Source of the DNA: Tricharina praecox
Lineage: Eukaryota
Direction: 5' to 3'
DNA length: 64,000 nt
Assembly (NCBI RefSeq): GCF_024521635.1
Contig: NW_026250416.1
Span: 248,001 to 312,000, forward strand
Part shown: in pieces, positions 1 to 14,240 of the stretch
Position numbering within the stretch: position 1 is the stretch's first letter
Layout of the letters: each line of letters starts with the position of its first letter
Program-made: the position numbers and the translations under genes
Notes under the pieces: model-generated
What the model was told of the DNA's origin: nothing
Database searches by the model: none
What the model saw: only the letters and a program-made list of their open reading frames with translations

Positions 1-2526
1 GCGGGATGGATGTGATGATTTGCGATGGGCACTGTCAGGCTCCAGTGGATTCAACTCGAGGTAAGACAACCAGTCTTGTAGTTATGCGGCAGAGATTGTA
101 TCAGCGGGGGCGAGCGGCTTGACGAATTTGCGAAGCTTAGTTGATTCTGGCAGCTTACAGGCCTCGAGGCGTGTCTGTCTGATGATCGGAAGCGAGTGTG
201 TAGTGGTGAATCCTGATACACGGCAATGGGACAGCGATTGCAGGAGGCGGCGGCGAGTTGGGGTATAATAGCAGTCGCGGATTTCAGAAGAGCATCACGG
301 AGGATAGATCAACGGCGAGACAATGGTCTGGAGACGAGGATTGACAGACGGATCTAGGAAAGCAGGAACGGGGGGTGGTAGAGGGGAAGGGGATGTCGAC
401 ATGATATTTCTGGAGACAATGGAGGTTTGGGAGTTCCTGGGCCTGCGGCTTGCGTGAAACTGGCGGTGTTGTTGGGGCTGCCAACCTTGGGGCAGGGATA
501 TGGCACCCAGCAGTGGCCACAGGCTTCGCCCAGCCAAGAGCAGCACTTCTCAGTGATTCCGACTGGCCAGTGGCCAGAGTGGTCACTGGTCACGGCGAGT
601 CTGCGAGTCCACTGGGGACCACCAAAATAGCCCCACGCAGGCCACTCTTTTTGATTGGGAGCTGGATCCACGCTACCTAAGCGAGGGGGGCTAAAGCTGC
701 ACTTACGCGCCCGTTGTTTTGGCCATTCGCTTTCCTTTCTTTTTGTGCAGTTAGGCCACCCCCCCGCCATCTGGCTCGATAACCACCGTGGTCCGTATCT
801 ACACACTCCCTACTCTTTGATGGATCAGTCCCAGGCAACACCCCACGAGGACGGCGCGGCAGTCGTCTAAAATGCGCTCAACGCACGAGAAACCGCGCCA
901 CGCCGACGGTGGGAACGAGAGCGCTGACGGCACTGTTGCCGCGGAGCGTGGATTGCGGAGTGCAGTGTGCGATAGAGTATGCGCCTTGCACTTCTTTACC
1001 GTGATCCTGTAACTGACGACTCGGGGTAGACTCCCACTCCAAAACGATCTTCCAGACGTCTTCGATGTCACATCCGATACCAAAGTGAACATTCGTCAAA
1101 CTGGATCGGCGTTCCAGCGGCCAGATCCCACGTCGTTGACGGGGGAGCCCGCCGACCCAGCTCTGGTTGACTGGGGGAAGAAGAAAGAGACCGTCATGAA
1201 TCCATGCTTGCATGGTGGGTCTTGGAGTTGCTGCATACGGACAGTGACGACAAGTGGGAAGTTGTTGGAATAAGTTCGTGGAATAAGTTCGTGGGGGTGG
1301 GTTGGGGATTGTTGCCGGCCCCGCTCGACACCGACGGAAACCAACAGGTGAGGGAATATGGAATACACCATACCTATGGGGGTGGTGGATGAAGCTCCCG
1401 ACCTATCGATCGGAAGTCGGTTGCGATAACATACGGTAGGCCGGTACGTAGGTAGGCGGAGTGGGTAGATATCATACCGTACTATTCTGCACGGCCGTCA
1501 GAGACATCGCAGGTTATGCAGTTATGCAGTGGTGTTCGCCACGGGCGCTTGAGTGCATCGGATGCAGGCGAGCTCTCGGCCTTGTGGCTCGGCAGAAGAA
1601 AAAAAAGTCGCCTTTCTTTTCTTCAGAAGACGATCGCGGACAGATGCCTACATACGTTCGGCGAAGGCGAGGGCAGACACCTACCTAGAGCATGCATACC
1701 TACTCTATGAGTAGAGTAGGTCCTTACCTCCTATCACACCTGCTCTGCGCAATGCCCCCTGCACGCACATGTTGGACTGTTCGGCTCCAGCCAGTCCCGA
1801 CTCGCGGAGACCGACCTCGCTCCATCCCCCCGTCGAGTGAACCTCCCTCTCGCTCGCCTTCCCATGTCGACATAGCAAGTCTCGCCATGCACGGCAGAAA
1901 AGAATTTGAAAGCGATGGGGGCCAACCTGAGCATCTGGAGCACTCTACGCCCAAGTGCAGCCCGCATCGAAGCGAACATGGATTCCCGGCGAATCCACCG
2001 TTTTAGCATCACACCGCAGCGGCTAGAGATTGGCGGCCCAATCAGCGCTCGCTCCTGAAGCGCCCGGGCTGCAGTAGCTCCCTTCTGCAGATGTGCCTGT
2101 CTGGGGGCCACAACCAAACAGAGTCCTCAACGCATGATCGAGATGCACGCCTCATACTCATGGAACCAACTCTCGACCTGCCGCTAGATACCCTTTCCTC
2201 TGAGGCTAATCCTCCCCCAGCATGTATGACCCCGCTTCGTCAAGGCAGGTCCTCCATCAGATCTGTGTGGCCGGGACGGCTTGGGCTCATTTGTCTCTTA
2301 TATTTCGCGATACCTCCTCGCCCTGCCCTTCCCGGTTTCCCGAGGACTATCCGATTCTGCACAACCCCAATTAATCCTTCATCGGTCCCCCATTACCTCT
2401 CAGCAAAGCCCACCTGGTGTTGTCTTTGCTCGACTCTTGCATCTTGTGGCTCCTCCGCAACTGCGCCCTATCGACATCGATTGCTGGTTTCCTCTCCGTC
2501 GCCTACCACATCGTTGAATCGTAGAT

Positions 2527-3083
2527 ATGGGGAAACTCATCAAGAACCATCTGGCGCGTCTGATCATCCTCACCGCCGCCACTTACCAGATCGCGGCCGG
2601 CATACATGGCATCTTCTGGCCCAAGATCTTCTGGGACATCTGGACAAAGTACGTAACCTTGTGGTGTGTGTGCGCGAGTCTGGGGCACAGTAACTGACCG
2701 GCAAACCACAGAGCTCTTGATGGCGCAGTGAAGCCCTTTCCGATCCTGCAAATATTCAACATCCTGTTCGGTCTCCTGGGATTGGCGTGGGAATACCCGC
2801 TGCCGATCATAATCCCTAACTCCAGCTTCCACCGAAGTATCGGCGCGCGGCTTGCGCTCTACCCCTTGAGCGTGTTCGTGGCCATCCTGCTCTACCAAGG
2901 CACCAATGCCGCCATTTACTACTTGGTCGGAATCGCCGTGTATTTCTGGGCGTACAGCGAGGGAGAGGTGAGAGCGACTCTTCATTCCGAAATTTCTTCT
3001 ACCTGCATACTGACGTGGAAATACAGATTGTCTGCATGCCCTGGAAGGTACCGGAGCGCGCCCGCGGCCCCACGAAGGCATAA
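2527..3083 (+). CDS. noxD: NADPH oxidase partner NoxD / PRO41 / HAM-6 (p22phox-like ER membrane protein needed for hyphal fusion), 144 aa
   Basis: Exons 2527-2648, 2712-2967, 3027-3083 with GT-AG introns and CTGAC branch sites. Protein MGKLIKNHLARLIILTAATYQIAAGIHGIFWPKIFWDIWTKALDGAVKP...LYQGTNAAIYYLVGIAVYFWAYSEGEIVCMPW matches PRO41/NoxD motifs. Confidence 0.92.
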
Positions 3084-6000
3084 GGCGAGACGCAACGACG
3101 ACCACTGTACGACTTCATTTTTATTTCGAATCCCCCCTCGCAGCAGCAGCCGCACCGAGACTGTATAATACCTTCATAACAATTTTCCGCCCTTTTTTCT
3201 TGTCGATTACTTGCCACTACATAATTGCTATTTTCCACCTTGGAGTGGGGCGGGCGGGCATCTACCAGGTCGGGTCGGTCATTCGATATGATCCTCGCGA
3301 ACGAGGAGGCGCGTCCGCTTCATTCCGCTATTTCTTTGGGTATTCTCTTTTTTGTTTTTGCGGTTTTGCATTTCCTATAGCTGCTAGTCCACGCACGCAT
3401 GCATGCAAGGGGGATGGATGTCCTGGGGTTTTGGGGGTTCTTTTTTTATTTTGGTTTCGACTTCGACTTCAATTTTATTTTAGCGCATAGGGAGAAATTG
3501 GGTTGCGGTGTTGAGGATTGGGTTGGGTTGGGTTGGGTAACTACGGGTCATTGTCATTCATTCATTCATTTTGGGGTATACGGGGGAAGGGTATGATACG
3601 ATACGATGGTGCATAACTTTTTTTTTCCTGGTGCGGTTTCTTCTTCTTCTTCGTCACGCATAATCTGTGTGCATTTTTTGCGAGCAAATGCTCGGTCTGT
3701 CCGTCTGTAACTAGAGTAGACTCCAACAATTGGTGTTACAGCTTCACTTCGAATTTCAAAACTGCGAATGTGTAGCAAACTCAGCGTCCTGTGTTCCAGC
3801 CTTGCGTCGCATCGTCGCATCTTCGTATCATATCGCATCGTATCGTATCGTGGTGGCCATTGGCTCTCTCGCTGTGCATACGGTTTCACGTCCTCGCACT
3901 CGATACTGATCCTGAAGCTCTCTTGACACGCCACGAGTCATAGCACTACTAGTATAGGTCGAGTAGTTGCTTCAAACTTCAAAGTTCAGAAACGACCGAC
4001 ACGACCGACACGACGCGAAACTGCGAAACCGCGATCGCGGGTCGCGCGACGCGACGATGCGACGTCTCGTCTACCTGGTTGGATCGTTGGATCGTTGGGA
4101 GCTGATACGGTACCTACAGCACATGGTGCGGCGCCGGCCGGCTGTCGGCGAATGCAGTGGCGGTGGCGTAAAGTGCACTTTTATGTAGACATGTAGACAT
4201 GTATGTACGAGTACCAGGTATGTACGAAGTGATTCGCGACATGAGCCGCGCTCCGGTGATTCGGTGATTCGCTGAGACTGGGAGCTCCAGATCCACGGTA
4301 CGGTACGAGTACGCGGAGAATACGGTATGTACGGCAGCTACGTAGGTACGGGGAATATTTAGGTGGGTAGGTTCTTGCGGAAGAATCCGCGGCCGCGGCC
4401 CCCGTGCTCACATGCGATGCAATGCGCGAGTTCACGTTCACGATAAGCATATCTAAGCGGTGTGGGGCTGCTGATGGTCCGGTACCTAGAGGTGGGAGGG
4501 GGTGGGCTGACGTTCCGGTGGGGGCTCGCGAAACACCGAGCATGGCTCAGCGAAACCGCAACCTCAACGCGGAATGTCGACGCATCTACTCTACCTATGA
4601 TATGGACCTACGGTGTGGAGGGACCTACCGGACGCCGGACGGCATCCGGACGGATGACGCGATAGTTGAAATTCCTGGTTGAGAGATCGAGAATCATCCG
4701 GACTGTGGGAGTACCGGTGAGCATTAACTACCGCTCGTCATCTGGTTGTGGACTCTCTGCGCGGCTGATGGGGATCATAGTTATCATTCAGCCTGCCGCC
4801 AAAAGCGCTATGCCAGATCGGGTTGGATCGCAGGATCACTCGCTTGATGTCGGTATCACGATATGTGATAGGGGCGGTATCTGCGGTCTTTCTGCTAAGT
4901 AGTAGTTTACCTAGTAAGGCAATATGCGAGAATAATTCGATTCGGCCTGTCTCTGTCTCTCTCCCCTTCTCCTTCTACCAAGTAGATGGAGTTCTTGGAC
5001 CAGCTAGAAGAATAGGAGGTGGCGAAGGAGGCGGAGGCGGAGCGGCGGGCGGGCGGGTCCATAGGGTAGAACGGGCGAGGTCCCCTCAAGTAGTACGTGT
5101 GTCTTTATTGAGTAGGGAGGTAGAGTACCTAGCTTACCAGATCGAAGCGGTTATCTAGGAAGGTAGATTGGACAGGATAGTCGGACAGTGCGCTTCGCCA
5201 CAGGCCCGCAGTCCAGATGAGTAGGCCACATGCGAATCATGATGAAATAGGTACATAGAACTCCTTTAACCAAGTACCTATCGTGGCGGGCCGTGAAAGT
5301 ACAGTACCACTCTCGCAATGAGAACGGAAGTTGCCCAGCTTGTGCACGGTACATGGGCTAAGTGTGTACGTACACAATGTACCACTTTGTTCCTCTTCAG
5401 GCGGTTATGTACGAAGTCGGTCGCTCCTTACTTAGCGGTCAAGCGCGCCGCTCACCGACAGTGCTATGCGCAAGAAGATTTCTTCTTCTTCGAGATGGAG
5501 GCACTGGAAAGGAACGCGGCCGGTTCCTTAGACTTTCTTTGCTCTATGGGAAAAGGCAGTTACCAAAGGCATGGTAGGAGCGCCGAAGTGGCAGTATATT
5601 GAAGAAGTTCAGGCTTTTCGGTTGAAAATCTGAGTGAGGGATATTGAGGTTTTTATTAGCAATAGTAGGTAGTACATGGCAGCTCCACGTATGTGTTTCA
5701 CACACTGTGATATCCGCCTAGATGAGGCGCATCCGCTGGAATAAACGAGCTTCCTTATCCTCACGGCTGTTCTAGGCTTCTAGCCTCATCACTTCCCAGA
5801 ACCCACTCACCGCGGGACAAAGTCCATCCAGTATCGTAGGTACTACCCTTGAGGGTGCTGGCGGGGATCAATACTGGCTGGTCACCGGGTGTGATTGCCG
5901 CCATCGAGACTGGAATCAAGCACATACCACGCCTACCTGATCGATCTGTGTAGAGGCTGCGAGGAAGATCCGCGGATGGAGCGGTCAGAACAAGGGCCGA

Positions 6001-6886
6001 GCCGGATGGATGCGAGCTCGCTTGTGCCTGCGTCCGCGCCTGCTGCTTAGGTACTTAGCGTGTCTTCCTCCAGAGATTCGGCGAGCTTGGTAGATACATG
6101 TCGTCATGCGGCGCTGTATGTATCCTTCCCCTTCGCCATAGATACCCCACAGATCGATAGCTCAGTGTCGTGGAACCCACGTGCCACGGCCGGTGTTGCC
6201 GGCACAGCTTGGTGATACCAGCTTATGCTGACAGAAAATCGCCCAGAATTTCAATCTTCACTTCATTGGCGAGAGGCACGCAACAATTCTATCCATTACC
6301 GGTACGTTCTTCATGGGTTGATATTAAAAATAACTTGCGCGGTTAAGCATAATCAAGGAGGGGAGATTGGAATGTGGTTAGTTATCGGACTGCATCGAGA
6401 TCCCCATGTTGGTAATTATTGAGTATTCGACTTCGCTGATAAAGTCTCTTCGCCCTGGATTCGTCTGATTATCGATTCAAACGTGTAGAATAGAATGTTG
6501 TCTATATGTCCTATCCATAGAACGTTGTATACACGTCCTATCCATAGAACGTATGGCAGTAACAACTGATGGCGGCTATAAATCGAAAGGGATGGAAGCT
6601 CAACTAGTGCTATTCCTGGCTTGGCTGCTGTCTCAGCCCCCCCACCTCAACTCAGCACCGCAACTGGGCAGCCGAGCACACTCTCACCCCCCGCCACACC
6701 GACTTCTTGCATCGCATCGCTCCGAACCTCAACCTCGCCCTTACTCTCCTGCCCAGGCCAAACCGTAATATCAAACTACACACCCCGCCCTTCTACCTCG
6801 CTTCTTCGGCGGCTCCTTCTCCAATCGAGTCCCACTGCTACCATAACCACCCCCACCCCACCACTCTTCGTCGGAACAACGCCAAC

Positions 6887-8300
6887 ATGTCGGAACAATC
6901 TGCTGCCGCCGCCCCCGAGACGAGCGAACGTCCTTCATCTCCAGCTCCCGATGCCATAACCTTCACCGTCAAGTCCAACAATGACACCAAATATGTCTTG
7001 TCGCTGCCTGAAACCACAACCATAGCCGATGTCAAGGCGAAGCTTGTCGAGCTATCTGAGGTTCCCGTAGAACGCCAGCGCTTGATCTATTCCGGCCGTG
7101 TCATGAAGAACGAGGAGACCCTCGCGACATACAAGGTTAAATCAGGCAACACGGTGCATATGGTCAAGGGTGCTGCGTCGAATGCGGCCACAAGTTCGGC
7201 TGGAAGCGCCGGAGGTGCCCCAGCTGGGAGTGGTGTTCCTCCGAACCTGGCTGCGGGAAGCGGAAACAATCCTCTCGCCGGCTTGACCGGTGCGCGGTAT
7301 GCGGGACATGCACAGCTGCCGAGTGCCGATCTGTTTGGTCCTGACGGCGGAGTATGTTCCCGGCCGAATACCTATTAGTCCCATCGTGACGTCGTGGCTG
7401 ACAGCGCTCCAGATGGGCCCTCCTGACCCCGAAGCGATCGCACAGGCGATGTCGAACCCCATGGTACAGGCGCAGATGAACGAGATGCTCCAGAACCCGC
7501 AGCTTCTCGATTACATCATCAACTCCAATCCGATGCTTCGGGCGATGGGCCCCAGTGCCCGCGAGCTCATGCAGTCCGAGATGTTCCGCCATATGCTTAC
7601 GGACCCCGCGAACATTCGGAATATGGCCCGGATGGGTGGCGGGCCGGGCATGGGTGGTGCTGGCGCACGAGCTGGTGGGTTTCCTGCTCCCGGACCGGTC
7701 GATGACACGCCTACCCCAACGGGCCAGCAACCGGCGGGCCAGCAACCGGCGGGCCAGCAACCGGCGGGCCAGCAGCCAGCCGGTCAGCAGCCAGCCAATC
7801 CCTTCGCGTCGCTTTTCGGTGGTCCCGGAGGTGCAGCGCCTCCCCCTCTCAGCAACCTCTTTGGATTGCAGGGAATGCCGCCGATGTTTGGTGCTCCTCC
7901 CGCCGGCAGCCCCGGTTCTCCCGCTGCCAACGCCGGTCAAGCTGGTTCCCCCCCTCCTGCCGGCGCTGGACAGCAGCCGCAACAGCCATTCGGTGCCAAT
8001 CCCTTCCTGAACCCGGCAGCTATGGAGCAGATGATGCAGATGATGGGAGGAGGCGCCAACCCCGGCGGAGCCGCCGCTGGCACTGGATCCCCGGCAGCCA
8101 ATCCCTTCGCAGGACTGTTCGGTGGGATGCCGCCTGCCGCCGCAGCCCCGCCCGATAACACACCACCGGAGGAACGCTATGCCGACCAGCTCCGTCAGCT
8201 CAACGACATGGGTTTCTTCGACTTTGACAGGAACATCGAGGCGCTGAGGAGGAGCGGCGGAAGTGTCCAGGGAGCTGTTAACCAGTTGCTTGGAGGTTAG
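6887..8300 (+). CDS. DSK2: Ubiquilin / UBL-STI1-UBA proteasome shuttle factor, 450 aa
   Basis: Exons 6887-7351 and 7413-8300. N-terminal UBL ([12 protein letters not shown]), [14 protein letters not shown] motif, STI1-like NP/M-rich helices, C-terminal UBA ([43 protein letters not shown]). Confidence 0.95.
7721..7795 (+). repeat. Coding 15-bp tandem repeat x5 (GQQPA) in DSK2
   Basis: GGGCCAGCAACCGGC units, the last two with synonymous changes. Confidence 0.9.
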
Positions 8301-9818
8301 ATCGCACACTACTGTAGCTGTAGCTGTAGCGCGTAGAAGAGAGGGGGAATATCATTTTCTGTTGGTGCGGGCTGGCTGGGTGTTTTTTTTTTTCTTTCTC
8401 TTGAATCAAGATTTTTTTTCACTATTGTGTTTTTTTCTTTCCGAGGGACCGGACTAGTTCGATGAAGTGGAGTGGAGGTGCTTAGAACTTGGAACTTGGA
8501 ACTTGGGACTCGGGACTTGACTTGGCGAAGTACTTCCACTTGCCACGCATACTTACACAAACGATTGAGAATACATGTATTGGTGTGGAAGCTTGGAATG
8601 TGGGGTTTCTTTCAGCCATAGGTGATGCATGATGCATCTGGATTTGAAAAAGCCGATGTGGCGATGGACGAAGACTAGATGAGGAACGCTGTACTCTACT
8701 CAATGAAGTACTCATGCTTTTCTTCCATTGAGGCGGGGATGTCGTTCTTGGCCATTTGTTTCTCCAGCCGCTGCTTAAAATCTCTGATCTATCAAAATCC
8801 TCAACCAACTGTCCCCCAGCATTCATCATCCATCATCCGCGTGAATCAGCCCAGACCGCTGAAAGGAAATAGGTACCTGCTGGCTTGGTGCACTCTGGTA
8901 CGAGCAGTTGCAACTTCGACCTCTCGCCAGTGGCTACATAGCAACCAGCGTGATGATATTACTTAAACCCCCCGTCCCACCATATTAGGAACGGGTGTAG
9001 AAGAGAACGGACCATCATAGCCTTGCGTCCGAGGAGGAGGAGGAGGATGGAGCCATAAGCTTGACGCGCAGGCTACAGGTTCTGTGCGAGTGACTGCCTA
9101 TGACAGCGGTTAGAGCTTCGCGTGTATGTGTGTGAATAATACGAGTGCTCATTCATGAAGCGTCCATCGCTCTCCTTCACACACGAAACAGAAACAGAAA
9201 CGAAGAAGTAAATGCGTATGGCTCGCATCCTTGTGTACGGACAGACGATCCATGTATCCAGCGGACTCTACTCTACTCTGCGGGCAACAAGTCACTGCTC
9301 CAGCCTCCAGGATCGTGAGATTGTGGGATTGTGAGCATCTCCCCGACAGGTATCACCAGCCGTGCGATGAGCTTTGTGACGATGTTGGTTTTCGCCATCC
9401 GTCCATCCGTTCGTCTGGTTCCGTGTATTGGACACTAAATGCCGGCAAGTCTGCCGAGCTGGAGGATATCCTGATTATACTAGTAGACCTCATGAATCAT
9501 TCAACTCCGTGTACTACTACACAATCGAGGATTCATTACCGAAAGAAAGAAGACTCAAGGAGAATCAAAACGGAAGCCGAGGATTATATTTTTCATTATA
9601 TACAGAGCATGGTCGTCCCAGTCGTCCATCGGAATCAAACTCCCCCAAAACACAAAACCAAAAAGAAACTCCATATGCAAAAACCATAAATCATAAACCA
9701 TCCGCAGACGCAAACACAAAAACAGAAAATTTCAGTCTAGAGCCCCCGCAAAAAGAAATTACCAAAAACGTCAATAAAAAGACAAGAAAAGCCAAGCCCA
9801 GCGTCCCCGCACCCCTTA

Positions 9819-11544
9819 TCACCCGCACCCCGGCGAAATCCCCACCGGCGGCGGAATCCTAACCGGCGGGCCACCCGTCCCTCTAAAGACGGAGTACTCG
9901 GGGGGCGGCATTTCATTCGGCGGGTGCAGCAGCATGCTCTGCGGCAGCTGTCCCTGTCGGCGGTCAAACGGTGGTGGTGGTGGTGGTGGTGGGGGGGCCA
10001 TAACTGCCACCTCCTGCTGCAGCGTGCTCGGCGAGATGATCCGCGGCACGAAGAACTCTTCGACACTTGTGTCTTGCGGCGCACTGTCGTGCTCTCGGCT
10101 GTCCTTTGCGGGCTGCGAGACTTGCAGGGGGAGCTTTAGCGCGAGGTTTGGCTGGCTGTGCTTGCTAGTTCGGATTGACAGCGAGAGCTCGAGTGTGTAT
10201 GAGCGTGTGACGAAGCAGGTGGAGAACGTGGGGACTAGGTGCTTGCACTTTGGCTCGGCGATGGGGACGATGATCTGCGCTTTGTACACGGGCTTGCTGG
10301 AGGAGGAGGAGGAGAGGGGGGGCTCCTGCTTCTCCCAGCTCACGTTGCTGACGCACCGCGAGGAGAGGAGCGTGCTCTCTTGGTATCGGCCGACGAAGGG
10401 GTCCGGAGTCGAGCGCGAGACCGTGGGTGTGTATGAGGTTCGCTGCGTCGAGAAGAAGGTCGATGTTCGCAGCTTTGCCGTCATGTTGCCCAGCTCCGGC
10501 GGGGGGGTCTCGGCGTTGGCGGGGACGAAGGTTAACGACACGGGAACTCGCGTGGAAGGGGGGCAGGAGGAATTGGGGGCGAGCCGCAATGGCTGCGGCT
10601 GCTCGGCGAAGATGCAGACTCGGCCGATCTTCTTTCCCAGCAGGCCCTTCCGGAGATCCTTCTCCTTGCGCAACACGAATTCCGTGGACCTGTCTTGGAT
10701 GTGGATCGGTGGTGCATCGGGTATTGACGGCGACACAGCGATCTTGCGGGCCGTATCGGCGAGCACCACAGGCTGGTCCTCGGTATCTTTCTTCCGGAGC
10801 ACTCGCACACGGATGGCATACGAGATGCGCGTCATGTCTGGCGCCAGATCGTCCTTGTCCTCGAAGGTGGAGATGGTGTGGTCGCCGAGTGACGGCGGAA
10901 GGTGCAGGTGCGCTTCTTCCACCGACTGGTTTTCGACGGCTATGGTGTGGTTGCACGCTCCCGGAAGGAGTCTCTCCGGAATCACAAAGGTGAATGGGAA
11001 GGTATACTCCTGCCCTTTGATCGCAACTCGCGGGATGGGGAGCGAAGCTTCATTGACCGGTTGAACGAGGCGAAGGAACTGCACCGTCGTCAGGAAAGGA
11101 ATTCGGCCGCAACTACAACTCGGCGTGGTTTGGGGGGAACTCACGGTCTGGGAGACACTTGTGCGTCCGGATGCTGCGGGTGAGACTCCAAGCCGCTCCA
11201 TCCAAGTTCTCGAAGTGCCTGAATATGCCGTCCCCGTCAGACTATACTGTCTTTTTTTTGACTTTTTTTGATTTTTTTTGTGCGAAAAGCCAAGGGCTAG
11301 GGAGGGGTCACTCACCCTCGAACGTGATATAGATTTCGTCGAATCGAGTATCTGCCGGCGCAACGATCTTGACGTCACCCTCCAGGCGATCCCGGTTGGT
11401 GTAGAACCTGTGCGACTTCCCGTCTGCGTCTCCATCCATGGAGATGGTAACCGCAGGTTTGGACCTCTGAGCTTCGGCCATGGTCTCTCGGATGGACGTC
11501 ATGTAAGTGTTACGCGAGGCGATCGATTCTGCGTAGTTGAACAT
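9819..11544 (-). CDS. Arrestin-like (alpha-arrestin/Bul1-type) adaptor with C-terminal PPxY motif, about 520 aa
   Basis: Exons 11544-11316, 11218-11145, 11078-9819. Arrestin_N-like segments (YTNRDRLEGDV, ITFEGTSRTW, YTFPFTFVIP, HLHLPPSLGD, ISYAIRVRV, LVPTFSTCFVTRSYTL) and PPPEY near the C-terminus. Confidence 0.85.
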
Positions 11545-14204
11545 GATGTTTGAAGGGCTGCCCACTTCTCGTGGCTGCGTAGACGAAGGAATCGATTATG
11601 ACTATGGGTGTGTGTGTGTATGTGGAGTAACGGTTAGACAGGATGATATTGATCTGCCCGACGCAAATCGTGGGGTTGCCGTGATATAAAACCGGTCCAC
11701 CGATAAGAAGGTTCAGGGCCGAGAACCACCTCGATAGTTAACGCTTGGATGCAGATGGTTACTGTGGACGGAACGTTGCAGATGACCCGTAGTGGATCAC
11801 CGTTCGCAGAGTCTACGACGATAACCTGTCAACACCGGATGGTTGGCACCTTTTCACGGTTGCACAATGCAAGCAGCGGCGGGGAATCCTCGAGGCCCAC
11901 AGCTCCGGAGGGGGTGGGACTGGAGAACGCCCTACCTCTTGGTATGCTGGCCGAGATTCTTGAACAGCTCAGCCCCTTGGTATACCGGACTCGGTTCTTG
12001 GATAATAGCCTGACAAGACTCTTGGCCCGACAGGAAAGCCTGATGCAGGACGAGGAGATCGAACGATGTGGGGGTGTGTACAACGAGAAATGTTGCTCGC
12101 CGAGAAACCCGATGATGTGAGGAGCCTTGTACAGAGAAGCCCAAGGCGGACGAATTGGCAGTTTTATACTCTCCACGTTCGAGCCCATCAGCCCGCGGGG
12201 CCGTATGGCGAGATGGTTCAATCGAACAATCGAACAACTTTGACTCACGAACTGGTATGACGCGTGCTAGAGAAAAACAGAGGTAAAAATGGACTTTCAC
12301 TCCATGTAATGGACGGGCAGCACTGGCGTGCATGAAGGGCCATGGAGCTGCTGCAGAATTGGCTACTTGGGAGCTAAGTACTTGGATAGGTAGGTTCTCA
12401 GGCAGGTGGATGCAGAGGTAAATGCAGAGGTGGGTGTGAGTGTGGGTGGGCAGCCACTCTGCGATTCTCCAGCCCACCAACCCGACCCCGCCGCTCGCCC
12501 CGCCTTATGCAAGCTCTCGCTTAAAGCGCTTGGTATACATGGAAGGTTCGCAGCTGGTCTTCTATGGCCTGCCAGAAGACACGATAGTCTGGTCGTATAT
12601 GTACTAGAGGAGTCGTCGTCATACTCCATGTGCTTGCAAGACCTGCGCCAAACGCTTCGAGGCTGCGGAACCTCTGGAAGGGAGTCGTATCAGCGTCCGG
12701 CCGAAACGGATTATGTAAGTAGGTACATTGTCACTCACCTACTTTGCACCCAGAAGAGCCCGGCGTGGTGGGCGCAGGTAGTGGAGGTAGTGGGCGCAAG
12801 CGAGCTGGCTGCCGAATCATCCGCCAGTCATCGGCGTTGTTGGAGGCTGCAACCGTCGGCCACACTCTTCTGCAGCCCGCCCTCATGGCACCGAGAAAAG
12901 CAACCTGCAACTGCAATCGAATCGGCAGAATACCCGCCAGTCTCGAGAGCGAGAATCCTGTGCGACGAAGGGCCCGAGGTGGATGGACCAACCGTTTTGG
13001 ATGGACCAACCGTTTTGGATAGATTGGCGACTCATGACCCAGCGCCTTCAAGCACGATGACACCCCCTCCCCTCCCACCCCCTCCTCCCAAGGCCGAGAA
13101 ACTGCTGAGAAATCGGAATATGCCATTGCTATTGCGACAGACGAAAGCGGCGTTCATCAGAGACCCCACGCACGAACACGACGCACCCTCGCACTCACTT
13201 CCATCCGTCGAGGCGAGGATGCATGAGTTTCGAACAGGCTCGCCCGGTCCGCTGGCTTGCTCTGTCCGGATGAAGCAAGAAAACTGAATACGAGATCGAC
13301 GCCAGCGTGGGAAACGAAAGACTAAAAAATAAAAAAATAAAAAAGCACGCACACGAATGCCTCGTGGAGACGGACGACTGATTATGATTCGCCCATCCGC
13401 TCCCCTCCTCCTCGTACTATGTACTGGTACCTAATGCAGTCCGGCCGCTCTTCCCCGAGCCCGCCCACCGATCTGCCGCACCCAGTTCCGTTACCCACTT
13501 CAACCCCTCCAGGGCTCGAAGGAAACCCGATGTCAAGTGTGACTCATGCCTGCACTGAGCTCCATGTCTCCAACTCAACTTCAACGTCACTTCATGAAAA
13601 CGGCACGAACGAGCTTTGTTCACATCCAACCTCACGCATGGAGAGAGAGAGAATGCTTCCTTCCAGGCCTCAAAGTCCCTCCTTCTTCGGCGCATTTCAA
13701 AGTCCACATCGCTCGCCGGATCCACGGCAGATGCCACTTCCTTACTCCGGACCTCGATGACTCCTACTTGGCATGGTGTGGCCAGGTCCCGAAGCGAAAA
13801 GCACTAACTGACCGTCTACTTGACTAGATCTCGCGCCTAAAGCAACTAAGCGAGCCGACTGCCACCGAGGCCAGGCTGAGTTCATCTCTGGGATGGAAGG
13901 ATGACTTTATAGCATGTCCACACACAAGTTAGAATCGAACAGAGCTCAAGGAAGAAGGAACGGGCCTCATGACGGCCAGGGCCAGCAGCTACCTAGTCCA
14001 CGCCCGGCCAACGGCGGAATCTGCTCAGCTCAGGCGAACTGCCGTTAGGGTGGTCGGTCGGCCATATGCGACGGCGAGAAACAACGTAATAACACCCAGG
14101 GTACATACACAGGTAGCCCGAAGACGCCATACCTGCCTGCCTGCCTGCCTGCCTGCTTAACCTACCTAGTTCCGTCCGTAGGCCCGTAGGGTTTCCACTG
14201 CATG

Positions 14205-14240
<36 letters not shown>

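Noticed and set aside
7164..11064. Long antisense ORFs (7164-8309, 9934-11064; likewise 60403-61470 and 58816-59469)
   Set aside because: Shadows of GC-rich real CDSs on the opposite strand.
12406..13287. 293-aa ORF upstream of the arrestin gene (includes an 18-bp tandem duplication at about 12981-13020)
   Set aside because: No recognisable domain or coding-like composition.
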